This document shows, piece by piece, positions 1 to 11,829 of a stretch of DNA of 64,000 nt. Within the stretch, counting starts at the first letter, position 1. Each line of letters begins with the position of its first letter. Below the pieces are notes generated by a model. It was not told where the DNA came from, made no database searches, and was given only the letters and a program-made list of their open reading frames with translations. The DNA comes from Octopus bimaculoides (taxonomy: Eukaryota). The position numbers were made by a program, and so were the translations under genes. The stretch covers positions 20,118,047 through 20,182,046 of the forward strand of contig NC_069001.1 in the NCBI RefSeq assembly GCF_001194135.2, in the 5' to 3' direction.

Positions 1-44
<44 letters not shown>

Positions 45-295
45 TTTTATATTCATCTGTAATTTTGCTTCATGCTCTTGTCAGCCATTTTGACTGAACG
101 ATCATTGGTAAAATCTATTCTTCACCAACATGAAATCTCTGATCCCGACATTTTGACAAATTCCATTGAAGTGTGTGTGTGTGGTCTTTTAACTTGTCAC
201 TGAACTGCAGCTATGCTAAGGGCTCTTCCTTGGAGTGATCTGCTGCTTATTTTTCCAGTCCTTTTTGCTGATCTGCTACATTATGGCAACACTAG

Positions 296-352
296 TCATC
301 AAGTAATGTGAGTGAGTCATCAAGTAATGTGAGTCATCAAGTAATGTGAGTG
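296..352. repeat. Three-copy tandem repeat GTCATCAAGTAATGTGA(GTGA)
   Basis: Direct reading of the sequence. Confidence 0.85.
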
Positions 353-1166
353 AAACACAAAGAAACACACATAACAGCAACATACACACAGAATGGAATA
401 CCATGAACCACCACTTGGTTTCCATGTATGATATTCACTCACAAGGCATTGGTTAACTTGGGGCTATAATAGAAGATACTTGCTGAAAAGTTTGCATAAT
501 AAAACAGAACCTCTTAACCATACAACCATGCTTTTATATGGAAAGCAGGGATGTCAAAATTGGCAACGAGGGCAAAATGAGTAATTTCTGATTCTCATCA
601 TTTTCCCCCTACTTTTTTACGTTGCAAGTGTTGCATCATCTTTAAGAATAAAAATTGGTCGGCATAGTTATTGTTGTTGAACGTAGAATTTGAAACAGTC
701 AGGTGACAGGTACTTTTTCTCCAAATAATTTTTCCTTAACTTTGATCCAATTGTAATTGAGGTTGCTTATATATCTGGATAATTTATGATGTTTAAAAAT
801 TAATATGCTTTTTTCTGTTGGATTCCAAGTCAATTTTTTCCTATACTAATGTCTAATTTGATATTTTACAATTTTCAAAAAATGATGTCTAAACTGGGGC
901 AAAATGTTTCAATTAGTCGATAATTTCTTCTCTTTCACTGCATGGTGCATAAATATATCATGAAGACAGCCACTCCAGCAAATTGTGAAGAAGCTACAGA
1001 GAATATTTTATTTTGAGTTTTTAGGTTTAGTTGAGTTTCATTAATTTTGTATCTTGTCCCATATTTCTATGACACTCTTTCATTTGACTCTGTTATTTTA
1101 AATTTTTGTTGCATTTCTGATCTTTCTGATGTCTAAGGATGGATATTGATGTGTATAAGTGTTTTC

Positions 1167-2570
1167 TTCAAAGTTTTCCATCTCTCCATCAGGTGTGGTC
1201 ACTTTCGCTTTGGTGTTCTCATACAGCTTACTTATTGCTCTCAGAATTCTTGGTAGAAGTATCTTCATCATCATTCCTCTATGTACTGATTCAAAAGCCT
1301 TTTTAAAGTCTACATAGATAATGATAGCTTTCCAGTTATATCTCTTAACTCCCTCTATCAATCTTCTAAGTGTGACACTGTGAGATGTTATTGACCATCC
1401 TGATCTGAATCCATTTTGATTTGGTCGCAATTATTTATCTACCTTAGGCTGTATTCGGCTAAATGTCATCTTGTTGACCATTTTTGCAACAATGGATGAC
1501 AGACTGATCCATCTGTAATTTCCTGTATCACTTGGGTCTCCAGTTTTGGGCAGCAGTAGCAAGTCTATCTCAGACCGTTGATCTGGCTTCACATTGTCGT
1601 TTAGTAGTTTGTTTGCAAATTCAAGGATGATGTCGTCTAAGTCACATCTTTTTAGTACTTCTGGTGGGATTTTGTCAAGACCAGCTTGTTTTCCTTCTTT
1701 CAGGTCACTTGTAGCTCTCTCTATTTCTTGTATTATGTAATGCATAGAATGTACAAGAGCAAGGAAGAAGAACTGGGATTCAAACTGTATAGGCAAAGAA
1801 GTAGATGGCATCAAGCAGTGACAGTAACTGACCTAGACTATGCTGATGACCTGGCATTACTCACAGAGAGGACAGATCAGACACAGGAGGTGCTGGGAAG
1901 GTAGGATTGTACTGCAATGCAGAGAAAACAGAACTGCTAGTATTCAACCACGAAATGCCTGTGTCAGTGAAAGTGAGAGACAGTAAGTTGCTGAAGGTAG
2001 TTGAAAATTTCAGATACTTTGGTGCATGGACACAAAGTACTGAAAAAGACAGCAAGGAAAGCTCTTGCCTGGAGTGCATGCCATAGATTGAGAAAGGTTT
2101 AGAGTTCAAAGTTAGCAAGGAAATTGAAAGTGAGGTTGTTTCTGGCAACAGTGGGGCCTATTCTTCTATACAGGGCTGAAACATTGACGCTCACTAAAGC
2201 ATTGCAGAAGCAGTTGGACAGTTGTTATACGAGGATGCTTAGAATGGCACTCAAAGTCTCCTGGTAAAATCATACAACAAACACCGATTTATACCAGGGA
2301 CTACCAAAAGTAACATTGAAGCTACAGCATAGAAGGATGAGGCTAGCTGGACACTGCATCAGACATACCAATGAAATTGCTAACAAACTAGTGCTCTAGC
2401 AACCAACGGAAGGAAGAACCAGGAGAGAAAGGAAGAAGACGACCTATATCGACAACTTGCTGGAGGATACTGGTATGGAAGGGGTACAGGAGCTGAGGAC
2501 CATTATGATGAATGGGGAAAACATGTGGAAACAGTCTTGGGGCATCCTGTGGGACGACCTAGATAGATAG
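1167..2570. mobile_element. Decayed RTE-clade LINE with inverted 5' part (minus 1167-~1732, plus ~1733-2570)
   Basis: Minus ORFs give RT N-terminal motifs (GDPSDTGNYRWISL, RPNQNGFR, YVDFKKAFESVHR). Plus ORF 1686..1904 gives DLDYADDLALL, followed by C-terminal RTE text and a (TAGA)n tail at 2560-2570. Confidence 0.85.
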
Positions 2571-3482
2571 AAATCTTCTTTACCAGGTATGTAGATGACA
2601 TCCTTATACTTGCATCCTCCCGTGCAGAGGCTGACGTTCAATAACATGAACATAAAGTTCACTCTGGAATATTCCAGCATCACTGGATCGCTATCACTAC
2701 TTGACTTGAAACTGAATATAACAGAAGAAGGGGAGATCCACATCGAGTTCTACAGGAAAGCAGCCAGTAAAGATATGTTTGTCCAATACAATTCAGCACT
2801 TCCACTCGGTGCCAAAATAGGATATGCCAGAAATGAACTTGCACACATCCAGGGTAAGTGCAGCAAAACGGAGGATAAGGTGACCCACACTACATGCTTC
2901 CTAGATATATTGAAAACCAACAGGTACCCTAGATCCATTGTAAATCAGCTTAAGTACCCAAGACGACCAACACACCGAACACATAGAAAACCCAGCAACA
3001 CATGCTTCCTTAAAATACCCCATTTTAGCAAGAGGATAACTAGATCCATCCGAAGAGCCATAAGAAGAGAAGGGCTAGACATACAACTAGCTCACTCCGG
3101 CCCCTCTCTGAGAGGACACCTCGCAAAGAAACAAGCAAAGGACAGCAGTCAATGCACACTAGCTAACTGCCCCATCCGTGACACAGATTTATGCCAACGG
3201 GTAAATGTGTATAGAATACAATGTAACAAATGCAACAAGTTCTATGTGGGAAGCACAACAAGACCGTTACACGTCCACATCAAAGAACATCTGAACACAA
3301 GAGCCTCCTCCATTGGAAAACATCTAGACAGATGCCAGAACACTGATAAAAGCATAACAGTCACAATTGAGGCCAATGAAAGAAATTTGGGTAATTTAAG
3401 AATTAAGGAAGCTATACTCATACACAGACTAGGACCCCAAATTAACAACGGTCTGGAGGTTGGTAATCGATATAATATTTAG
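2571..3482 (+). mobile_element. 5'-truncated Penelope-like element: RT C-terminal half plus GIY-YIG endonuclease
   Basis: IFFTRYVDDILIL at 2573-2611, then a frameshift into ORF 2595..3482 with KFTLE, LSLLDL, FYRK and a GIY-YIG module VYRIQCNKCNKFYVGSTTRPLHVHIKEH...IKEAILI. Confidence 0.85.
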
Positions 3483-4328
3483 CTTTATCTGGCTGCATGT
3501 AGGTTTATTTTTGATAATATGCTCACCTATAGTTTATAACAAAAAAAAAAGAAGAAAAGAGAAAGAAAAAAGAAGGGAAAAAAAGGAAGCTGCATGTATA
3601 ATACATAACTTAGAAGCAGTGCTATGGATGTACCATCACACACGAGATTGAGACATGGCTGACCTTGCGCACTTCTCATGAGGAATTCCGGAAGGAGCTT
3701 TGTGAGACCATTGCTGAGATGCTTCCAAAAAAACAAAAACAAAAAAAGCCGTTGGAAAAGCAACCCCATCCAAGAATATCTAAAGAGGGAATTATATTCC
3801 GAAATATCATATCAGACTATGGATGACTAAACTACAATAGGTATATAGCCCATTGTTTTTATTATAGTGCATTGTTGTACCATTCAGAACTTTATATTCT
3901 TTACAAACAATACACAATGCTTCAAGCGAACTACAATACTCTCCTATAATATAGTAAGTCTCACTCATTGTGCACCTCTGCCCCACCTATATACATATAT
4001 ACATATACTTTCCATATCAGGATCCTGCATTGTGCATGTGTACACTCACACATTCATACATAGACAATCTCATGGGATTGTTGAAGCTTTAATGAAATTG
4101 TTTTAATGTTTTGCCACTCTGTATAGCTCTTTAGATAATGGTTCTTAGAATTCAAAGTATGCAGTACTAGCAGAATGTTTCACAAATAGCTGCAAAATTT
4201 TGTATTTGTTTTTCTTTTTGTGTGTAGATATATATATATATATATATATATATATCTTCTTCTATATATATATATATATATGTATTTGTATTTCTCTCTA
4301 AAAACACTTTTTTGTTTTATTTTGGTAG

Positions 4329-4614
4329 GTCCGAAGAGAAGCCATTTTGCAAAGAGCACAAGAACGAGTTGCCCGTTACGAACAGTGGAAACAATCAGGC
4401 CGACATAGAGGTGGGCGCATTTATGGCTTTGGTAGCCGTACACCACGTGACATATGTTTGCCTTTAGACCGCAAGAGATCATCTTCTCATAGTACGCTTC
4501 TGCGATGCTCAGCCAATGATTCTGACTCGGATACCTATGTCCGACCACAGCGTCGTGCAGTCTCTGCCTGCAGTATGGTCAGACGGCACTGTTGTGTTGA
4601 TGTTAAATCATCTG
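4329..4614 (+). CDS. MAP7: Internal coding exon A of an ensconsin/MAP7-like gene (phase 0 to 1)
   Basis: Acceptor ttttggtag|GTC and donor TCTG|gtaggt. Translates VRREAILQRAQERVARYEQWKQSGRHRGGRIYGFGSRTPRDICLP...QRRAVSACS. The RREAI..R..ER, FGS.TPR and R(A/R).SA motifs match my recollection of the invertebrate ensconsin region after the N-terminal coiled coil. No search was run. Confidence 0.8.
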
Positions 4615-5168
4615 GTAGGTTAACCCTTCTAATTTTCTAACCAATTAACATGAAGATGTTTCTGTGGTAAATATGTATCCGGTATCCAGCTGATGTAGGG
4701 ATTCTTGTGTTATCTTTTGTTCTCTTCTGTGTTGCTTCTCATTGGTTTATTCTCTGTTACTTGCCTTTGATGTTATTGTGGCAGTTATTTTCTCTGTGAT
4801 CAGTAATTTGGGGATTCTTGATTTTCTTAAGAAGGTGAGGGAGGGGGGAAAATCATGGCTGGAACACCTTTTATTATAGGTCCTACTCAATGAAGCTTGA
4901 GTGGGAGACTAAACAAGAACTAAATCATTCATTCTTAAAGTCTCTGGGATAATTTTCCCAATTTTTCTGAAATTGTGTTTCTAATTTTTTTCTATTTCTT
5001 TTCAATCATATTTAGGAACTGTAGTTCCTGACTGCCATCATTTCATTTTGCTACCAAAGCTCTCTTAAAAGGTGTGTGTGTGTGGATATATGTATCTACA
5101 TGTGTATGTGTGTGTGTGTGGATATATNNNNNNNNNNNNNNNNNNNNNNNNNNNNNNNNNNTATATAC

Positions 5169-5200
<32 letters not shown>

Positions 5201-6202
5201 GTATATATATATGAAACCTAGTGAATATAATATTAATTTAATGACTTTTTTATTGTTTATTTCTTACAAACAGAAGAGCTGCAGATTTGATGCATTACTC
5301 TGAAGCGACTAAATCTTACATAATACTTTTTGAAAATATATGATCTTTTCAGAATCGTTATTATTATAATTTTAAATTATCACTACTGTTTCTGATACAA
5401 CTTCATTTCAATTTATACCTGGTATAATTTGTATCTAAGGCCACTGAAAGAAATGCTAATCATATATTGAAATCTGTTCGTTAAAAGAGGGAAAATAATT
5501 GGTATTTGTCGTTTTGGACAAACTATATCAGTCATATTATTAATTTTCATTTCCTCATTCAGTTTCATTTTTTATGAAAACGTGTCTTTTCTTTAAAAAA
5601 AATACACCCCCTCACCTCAAAAGGAGTCTTATTAAAATATCTAAGTTATCCTCATTATCATCACTAATGTTTCTTGCATAATTTCTTAAATACATTGCAG
5701 TTTCTATTTTGCTTTATTTGTTTCAATTTCTTGCTTTGTTTTGATTACTTCTCATTCCTTTCCCCTAATAATTGTCTTCATAACCAGTAATTTCGATTTA
5801 ACTATGATCATAATTTGTTTTGTTCCTGCTGTATTTTATATATTTTTTATTGTAATGGGTAGGCCAAATACATTTGCTCAGCAGTCTTGAAAAAAACATT
5901 CATATCTCTCTTATCAAACCCTTGTAGATTTTTTTTTAAAAAAAAGAAGGCTTCATTGGATAATATATAGTCATAGATACATTATACTTGCCAAAAACCC
6001 AAAAAAAAACCTGTCAAAAAAAAGTGGGGGGGAAAATAGGTCAACTCTGATTAAAAAGCCCTTGATTATAGTGCTACTTAATCAAATTTGAACAGGGGAC
6101 TAAATAATAATTGCTTCTTTGCAGATTTTGCTTTCTGAATTAGTTTCTCCAATTTAGTATTCTCAGTAAATCTATTTTGTTTCCTCATCTATATAAATTG
6201 AC

Positions 6203-6524
6203 TAGCGCTCTGTCATTTGCAGTGATGAAAGTTCCAGTTGATCAGATCAATGGAGCAGCCTGCTTGTGAAATTAATGTGCAACTGGCTGAGCACTCCACA
6301 GACATGCATACCCTTAATGTAGTTCTCAGGGAGATTCAGTATGACACAATGTGACAAGGCGAGCCCTTTGAAATACAGGTACAACTCATTTTTGCCAGTT
6401 GAGTGAACTGGAGCAATGTGAAATAAAGTGTTTTGCTCAAGGACACAATGTGCTGCCAGGAATTGAATTCATGACCTTATGAATCTAAGCTGATTACCCT
6501 AATCACTAAGCCACTTGCCTTCAC
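6203..6524 (-). mobile_element. tRNA-derived SINE (family A) with CORE-like segment
   Basis: Reverse strand starts GTGAAGGCAAGTGGCTTAGTG (A-box-like), GAATTCAATTCC (B-box-like), then GTGTCCTTGAGCAAAACAC. Alignable to copies at 15287 and 32160. Confidence 0.8.
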
Positions 6525-8809
6525 TATATAAATAGGTGCAATCCTATATAAATTGTGTTATTACTAAGAGTATTGGGCAATGGAATCACTAGAGTAGCAG
6601 ATGAAAATGCCCATCTTATCATTCATCTTTGAGTGATAAAATATGTTAAATTTTTAATGCACATACATTTATGTGCACATGTGCCCTCTCCCACAAAAAC
6701 ATAAAACCCTAAAAACCCAAATTGTTGCCTTATGGAAAAGTTAGAACATTGTTGTATCCCTCTAGGAGCATTATTGTCTCCCTCTGTGTTTTAGGCAAAT
6801 CCTGCCAAGGTCAGTTTTGGTGATGAAATAAAATTTGTGGTCATGTGCCAATTGTTAGAAGCTGTTATTTATTATGGATTTCAAATCCTTCTTCGTTAAC
6901 TTGGCTTTTTTTTTTTGTTTTGCTTTCTAGTTATGTCCTCCAGTGTGTGAAATTTGTAACTTTTTGCAAGTTTTCAAAATTATTATTTTTGTTATTTACA
7001 TGATGCTGGAGTAGTCATATATTCTTGTTCTCCAGTTGAGACCTTTCACTTTATTTTTGCCCACTAATGCTCTTGAGAAAAGCATGTATATCACTTTTCA
7101 TTTTGCTATCAAATAATACAGTGCCTTTGTGCCTAGTTAAACATAAACTGGCAGCAGTGAAGTTTAATCAGTATTTTCTGTCATTTCTTTACATTCTAAA
7201 ACATAATAAAAAAAGCACATCTTCTTTATAAATATTTTCGTTGTGGCTAGTCAAAAAGAAATTGATTGGCAGAGGCAATATGCATGTCTGATATAAAGAA
7301 ATGTCCTGTCAAGGACAACTTGTCTTTCTTCACTAAGTATCTAGCATTCACACATGGACTTGAAGTGATTCCTTGAAAATTTTGTCAGTGTTAGAAACTC
7401 CTCATTATTCATCTGTTAGGGTTTTTATTTGACATTATTAAGCCCAACGTCATATAATCAGGTGAATGCAGTGTTATTTTTTTCTGTTAATCTGTTTCAT
7501 TTATGAAGAGAACTTTTCTGAAAATGCATGCTGTATCAAGTAATGATATTTTTAGATGGCTTTTTGTTTTCTAGTTGTTTTCTTTCTCTATTTTAACAAC
7601 TGCTAATACTGCAGAGACACTAGAAATGGCTGGGTGAACAACATAAAAAATGATTGGGAAGAAGATGGTTAGTTGACGACTGAAAACGATGGAGGGCAGA
7701 GGTTGTCCCTTTTGCTGTGCACTCAAGACTATGAACTGTAATTGATTGATTGACTGATATTAAAGATTTTACAGTTTCTAAAATATTTTCTAATGCTATA
7801 TGATGTATATAGAACAAGAGATCTATCTTGATTGTATCAACCTTCAAACCTTTCTGAGAATTCAGAAATGTTTAGTAGGACAAGAGTCAGATGGAACGTA
7901 AATTGTTTCCTTCCTTGTGATTTGATATTTTTGTTGTTTCCATTTAGGAATGCAGGTTTTCATGAATCCTTTTTACAGGGACTTTATGACTGGTTGGGGC
8001 TGGGGAGAAGGAAATTATATTTCATAAGTTATTCTCAGAGGCCTGAATACTTGCAACATAGTAGATTCCATTAAAGATACCCAAAGATCAGGTGGCAGTA
8101 TTAAACTGGATAACAGATTAAATCTACCACCCAAGAACAGGTACAGCCCAGGTCACTGCCTTTTTTTGCTGATTCAGTTTACCCAATTTTACTTTCTATA
8201 CAGACTGATCAGACTCAGAACCTTAAAATTGTGAACTGAAAATTTTAATTATATAACTACTGGTTGCAATTTATGCATATCTATTAATGCATAGGTCTAT
8301 CATAATCTTGTTTTTCTGTCAGCAATTTTCTAATGTTATCTTATACTTTGACATTTATTTGAACCTATTCTGTTTCTGAGTTAGCTATTTGTATCTAGGT
8401 GTTGATATATCTTCTTAGTGTTAACATTAGGCTCTTATAGTAAGAAAGCATATGATTAATCTCATTTTTATGGTCAGTCATTTCGATTATTTTTGGAAGA
8501 TTCCATTTCATAGCCTCATTTATTTTGGTTTTTAAGATGAATGTCTTATTCTATTAAAATATTGTCTTATTACAGTGTTTTTATTTTGAAATTTTCAATT
8601 TTGGTTATTCCTGGCAACCTTCTATTGTCTTTCCTCTCATTCTTTCTATGATATCTATTAATATCCCTGTCTACTCCTGGTGTTTGGCATCATTTCATTT
8701 CCCTTTTGTTATATGATTTCTTTTCATCATTTGTTTTTGGGTTTTTTTTTATGTACCATGTTTTTTCTTCAAACATTTTGTACTTCTTTGTCTAGTTCAC
8801 TATGTTGAA

Positions 8810-9150
8810 ATGGCGTAGGTAGAGGATCCATATGGTGTACCCAGCACAAACTATGGACACACAAGAGATTCAATAGTATAACAGAGAAAGCACACTTTGT
8901 ATGTGGCAGATATGCAAGAGCAGGAAACACTAGGAACATATGGGAAATAGATTTTCTCTAATGCCCAGGAGGATGCCTAAAAGAAGTAAATACCTTCTAT
9001 TACTTAGGTAACTGAATTAGCAGCAGATGGGGTTGTTCTGAAAGTACAGTTGCTAAAATACGAACAGGCTGCAGAAAGTTCAGAGAGCTATTACCTCTGA
9101 TGGTAACAAAAGATTTCTCTCTCTGAGTGAAAAGTAGATTGCGTACTAAC
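8810..9150 (+). mobile_element. Degenerate RTE LINE fragment
   Basis: Reads GVGRGSIWCT...LKEVNTFYYLG...RKFRELLPLMVTKDFSL. Same family as 46720 and 59570. Confidence 0.65.
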
Positions 9151-9806
9151 AGCAGTTCTACAGGGTAGCAAAACATAAATCTTAAATGCATTGGACATGC
9201 AAGGTTAAAAAGAAATGAAATTATACTGCATTAGATGAGCAATGTCAGTGTGCATGAATGACAAAATATGTTGAGAGAAAAATTAAGTAGGGGAGGAATC
9301 ACTTCTTTTTCCATACTATATAGTACTATATATGTACCATCAATCATATAGTACCATCAATCATTATTATTAAAAACACTGGGACCAGCTTAGTCAAGCC
9401 GTATTATTATGCTTCGTCCTAAATTCTTACTTACCAGTTGTGTTTGGAAGCAGTTGCACATATTTTCTTTTTCTTCGCAACCCTTGGTCTGATGTCTTGT
9501 TAGAAGCCATCATTCAGAATGGCATTGATTTTGCTGTCGTTGTTGCTATTTATGCAGTCATGGAAGGATCTATAGCTGAAATTCTCTCTGGATTTCTATT
9601 TTCAATTTTCTTTCTCTGCTTGTCTTGTTTTAGCGGTGTGTTTCTTTTATTTCTTTGATGGATACATATTTATCAAGGTTACATGCATGTTCCCTCACAT
9701 TCATACACCCATACATATATATATATATATATAAATGAATAAATAATATATATATATATGCGTGTGTGAATGTGTGTGTGTGCGTGTATGCGTGTGTGTG
9801 TGTGTC

Positions 9807-9859
<53 letters not shown>

Positions 9860-11186
9860 ACACACACACACATATACATATATACACATGAACTCCACCG
9901 TAGATGTGCTTGGTATAGGTATGGTATTTTTTTTATAATTTCCTTTTATATTTAGGTTCTATTTCTTTTTTTTTTTTCTTTAATTTTTGGTACCCTAAGA
10001 AATTCCCCCAAATTTGAAACTGCATGATTTCTTATTGCTTTTCTTACTAAATACTACTAAACTTTACTAATTATTAACTACCAACCCAACATGCCGAAAT
10101 CATGTATGCATGCATGTGTGCTGACACGCATATTCAGAAATGTCGAAACAGGAGAATTTCAGTTGTCCAAGATATAAGACAGGTGTTGAACTGCCAGCTG
10201 GACAATCTTCAGTTTGTATTGCATTGCTGATGTGTCTCCAAGTCAACTAGGCCTATGTGTTACTGTATGTAGCATTGTGTATTTGTGCAGCTTGTAATGT
10301 TGTGATCAAATGGGCTCATATATAAAAAAATATTCCCCACTCCCCTCCTAGAAAAGAGAACTGCATGTGGCTGAATATCATCATTATTATTATTATTATC
10401 ATCATCATTATTATTATTATTATTATTATTTAATAATGATAATAATCTTGTTGCAATTATTGTTTTAATTTACTTTTCATCTTCTTCCTTCCTGCATGTA
10501 GCTTGTTTTTCTATTGCTTCGCTTTGCTTCAGCTTCTTTTAAATGATTCTTGCACTTTTGGTTTGTTTGTTCATTTATTTATTTTGTTTCTTTTGTTATA
10601 TATTTTAAATTTTATTTTTTACTTTCTTGCCATTATTTTGCCTTTCTTTTAAAAAGAAACAGTTCCTATTTCATGCTTTCATTTTTATTTACTGTTATTT
10701 TTATTTGTATTATGTTATCTTTTTTTTTTTATTTGTGTGCATGTGTGTGTATGTTGTTTGTTTGAATAAAGCAATCTTCTGTTGACAGTTGTCTTTATTT
10801 ACATATATTACCTTACTGATAACGATATAGTGATGGTGGTACTAATATACATGGAAATGAGAAGATATCTGAAGGAGATTACTTTTAATGTCTCATCCCT
10901 TGAACAGTCAGAAAAAGATAAAAGTATTTTTCTGTTTAGTTTTATTTGTCAACAGAACAGGGTGTTTAAACTATTAGTATCTAAAATTTCTTCATTTTCC
11001 ATGCATTTCTCTCCCTCTCTCTCTTTCTCTCACACACACCCTCCCCTCTTTTTTTTCTCTTTCTTTTTATGTTCATTTTTGTAAACATCATCATCATTCA
11101 GTTCTATATTTAAGAGATGAGGAATTATGTACATTATTTATATTATTTACATTTGACGGATATTTGTTCTCATCTTGTTTATTGTT

Positions 11187-11232
11187 AACACAACATTTCG
11201 GCTGATATACGCTCCAGCCTTCATCAGGTGTC
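11187..11232 (-). ncRNA. Minimal type I hammerhead ribozyme motif (core intact)
   Basis: Minus strand GACAC-CUGAUGA-A-GGCUG-gagcguauau-CAGCC-GAAA-U-GUU-GUGUU. Stem I GACAC/GUGUU, 5-bp stem II, conserved core, loopless stem III. Confidence 0.65.
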
Positions 11233-11427
11233 TTGGGGAAATTTCGAACCTGGGTTCTCGTTCCTAAGGTATTTTTCGATTTTTTTATTATTATTGTTGT
11301 TGTTGTTGTTGCTGTTGTTGTTGTTGTTGTTGTTGTTCAGGTCACTGCCTGGAATCGAATTCGAAATCTTGGGGTTAAGAGCACAGGCTACTAACCCTAA
11401 GATTCCAAGTTCGATTCCAGGCAGTGA

Positions 11428-11469
<42 letters not shown>

Positions 11470-11518
11470 CATCAAAAAATACCTTAGGAATGAGAACCCA
11501 GGTTTGAAATTTCCCCAA

Positions 11519-11561
11519 GACACCTGATGAAGGCTGGAGGGTATATCAGCCAAAACGTGTT
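11519..11561 (+). ncRNA. Degenerate mirror copy of the hammerhead motif
   Basis: GACAC-CTGATGA-A-GGCTG...CAGCC-AAAA-C-GTGTT. G12 is changed to A and 3 nt are missing at the cleavage site. Confidence 0.5.
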
Positions 11562-11829
11562 AACAAAAAACAAGATGAAGACAAATATCCGTCAAAGGTA
11601 AATAATGTAAATATCATCATTGGTTACAGGTTTCCAGGAGGCCAGTTGCTGTTTCACTGCATTTACAATGGCTATAGTAGCAAGAGATTATCTGTACAAC
11701 TAAAGCAGAACAAATACCTCTTGGCAATTTGTTTGAAAGCGCCTGTTTATTGGTTGATTCACCAGTGTTTAAATCTCTTTCCAGTATTCACCATAAAAAG
11801 ACACATACACACTTTCTGCCTGTCTCTTT

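Larger units (their letters stand above)
11133..11613. mobile_element. Fold-back palindrome of a tRNA-headed, hammerhead-bearing repeat
   Basis: Arms ~11133-11377 and 11392-~11613 are near reverse complements around a 14-nt spacer. Each arm has GTTCGATTCCAGGCAGTGACC (B-box-like), a (TAA/CAA)n tract, then a CTGATGA...(G/A)AAA motif. Confidence 0.85.

Noticed and set aside
296-352. Short direct repeats as CRISPR-like array
   Set aside because: Three nearly abutting copies without unique spacers, in eukaryotic DNA.
3670-3700. CTCATGAGGAATTCCGGAAG downstream of the PLE as a hammerhead
   Set aside because: Core mismatches and no supporting stems.
6440-6524. tRNA genes at SINE heads (also 11374-11425, 15287-15360, 36990-37034)
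   Set aside because: Only box-like motifs followed by SINE bodies; no complete cloverleaf.
11224-11553. Mirror-image ORFs with poly-L and poly-N
   Set aside because: They result from the palindrome and its trinucleotide tracts.
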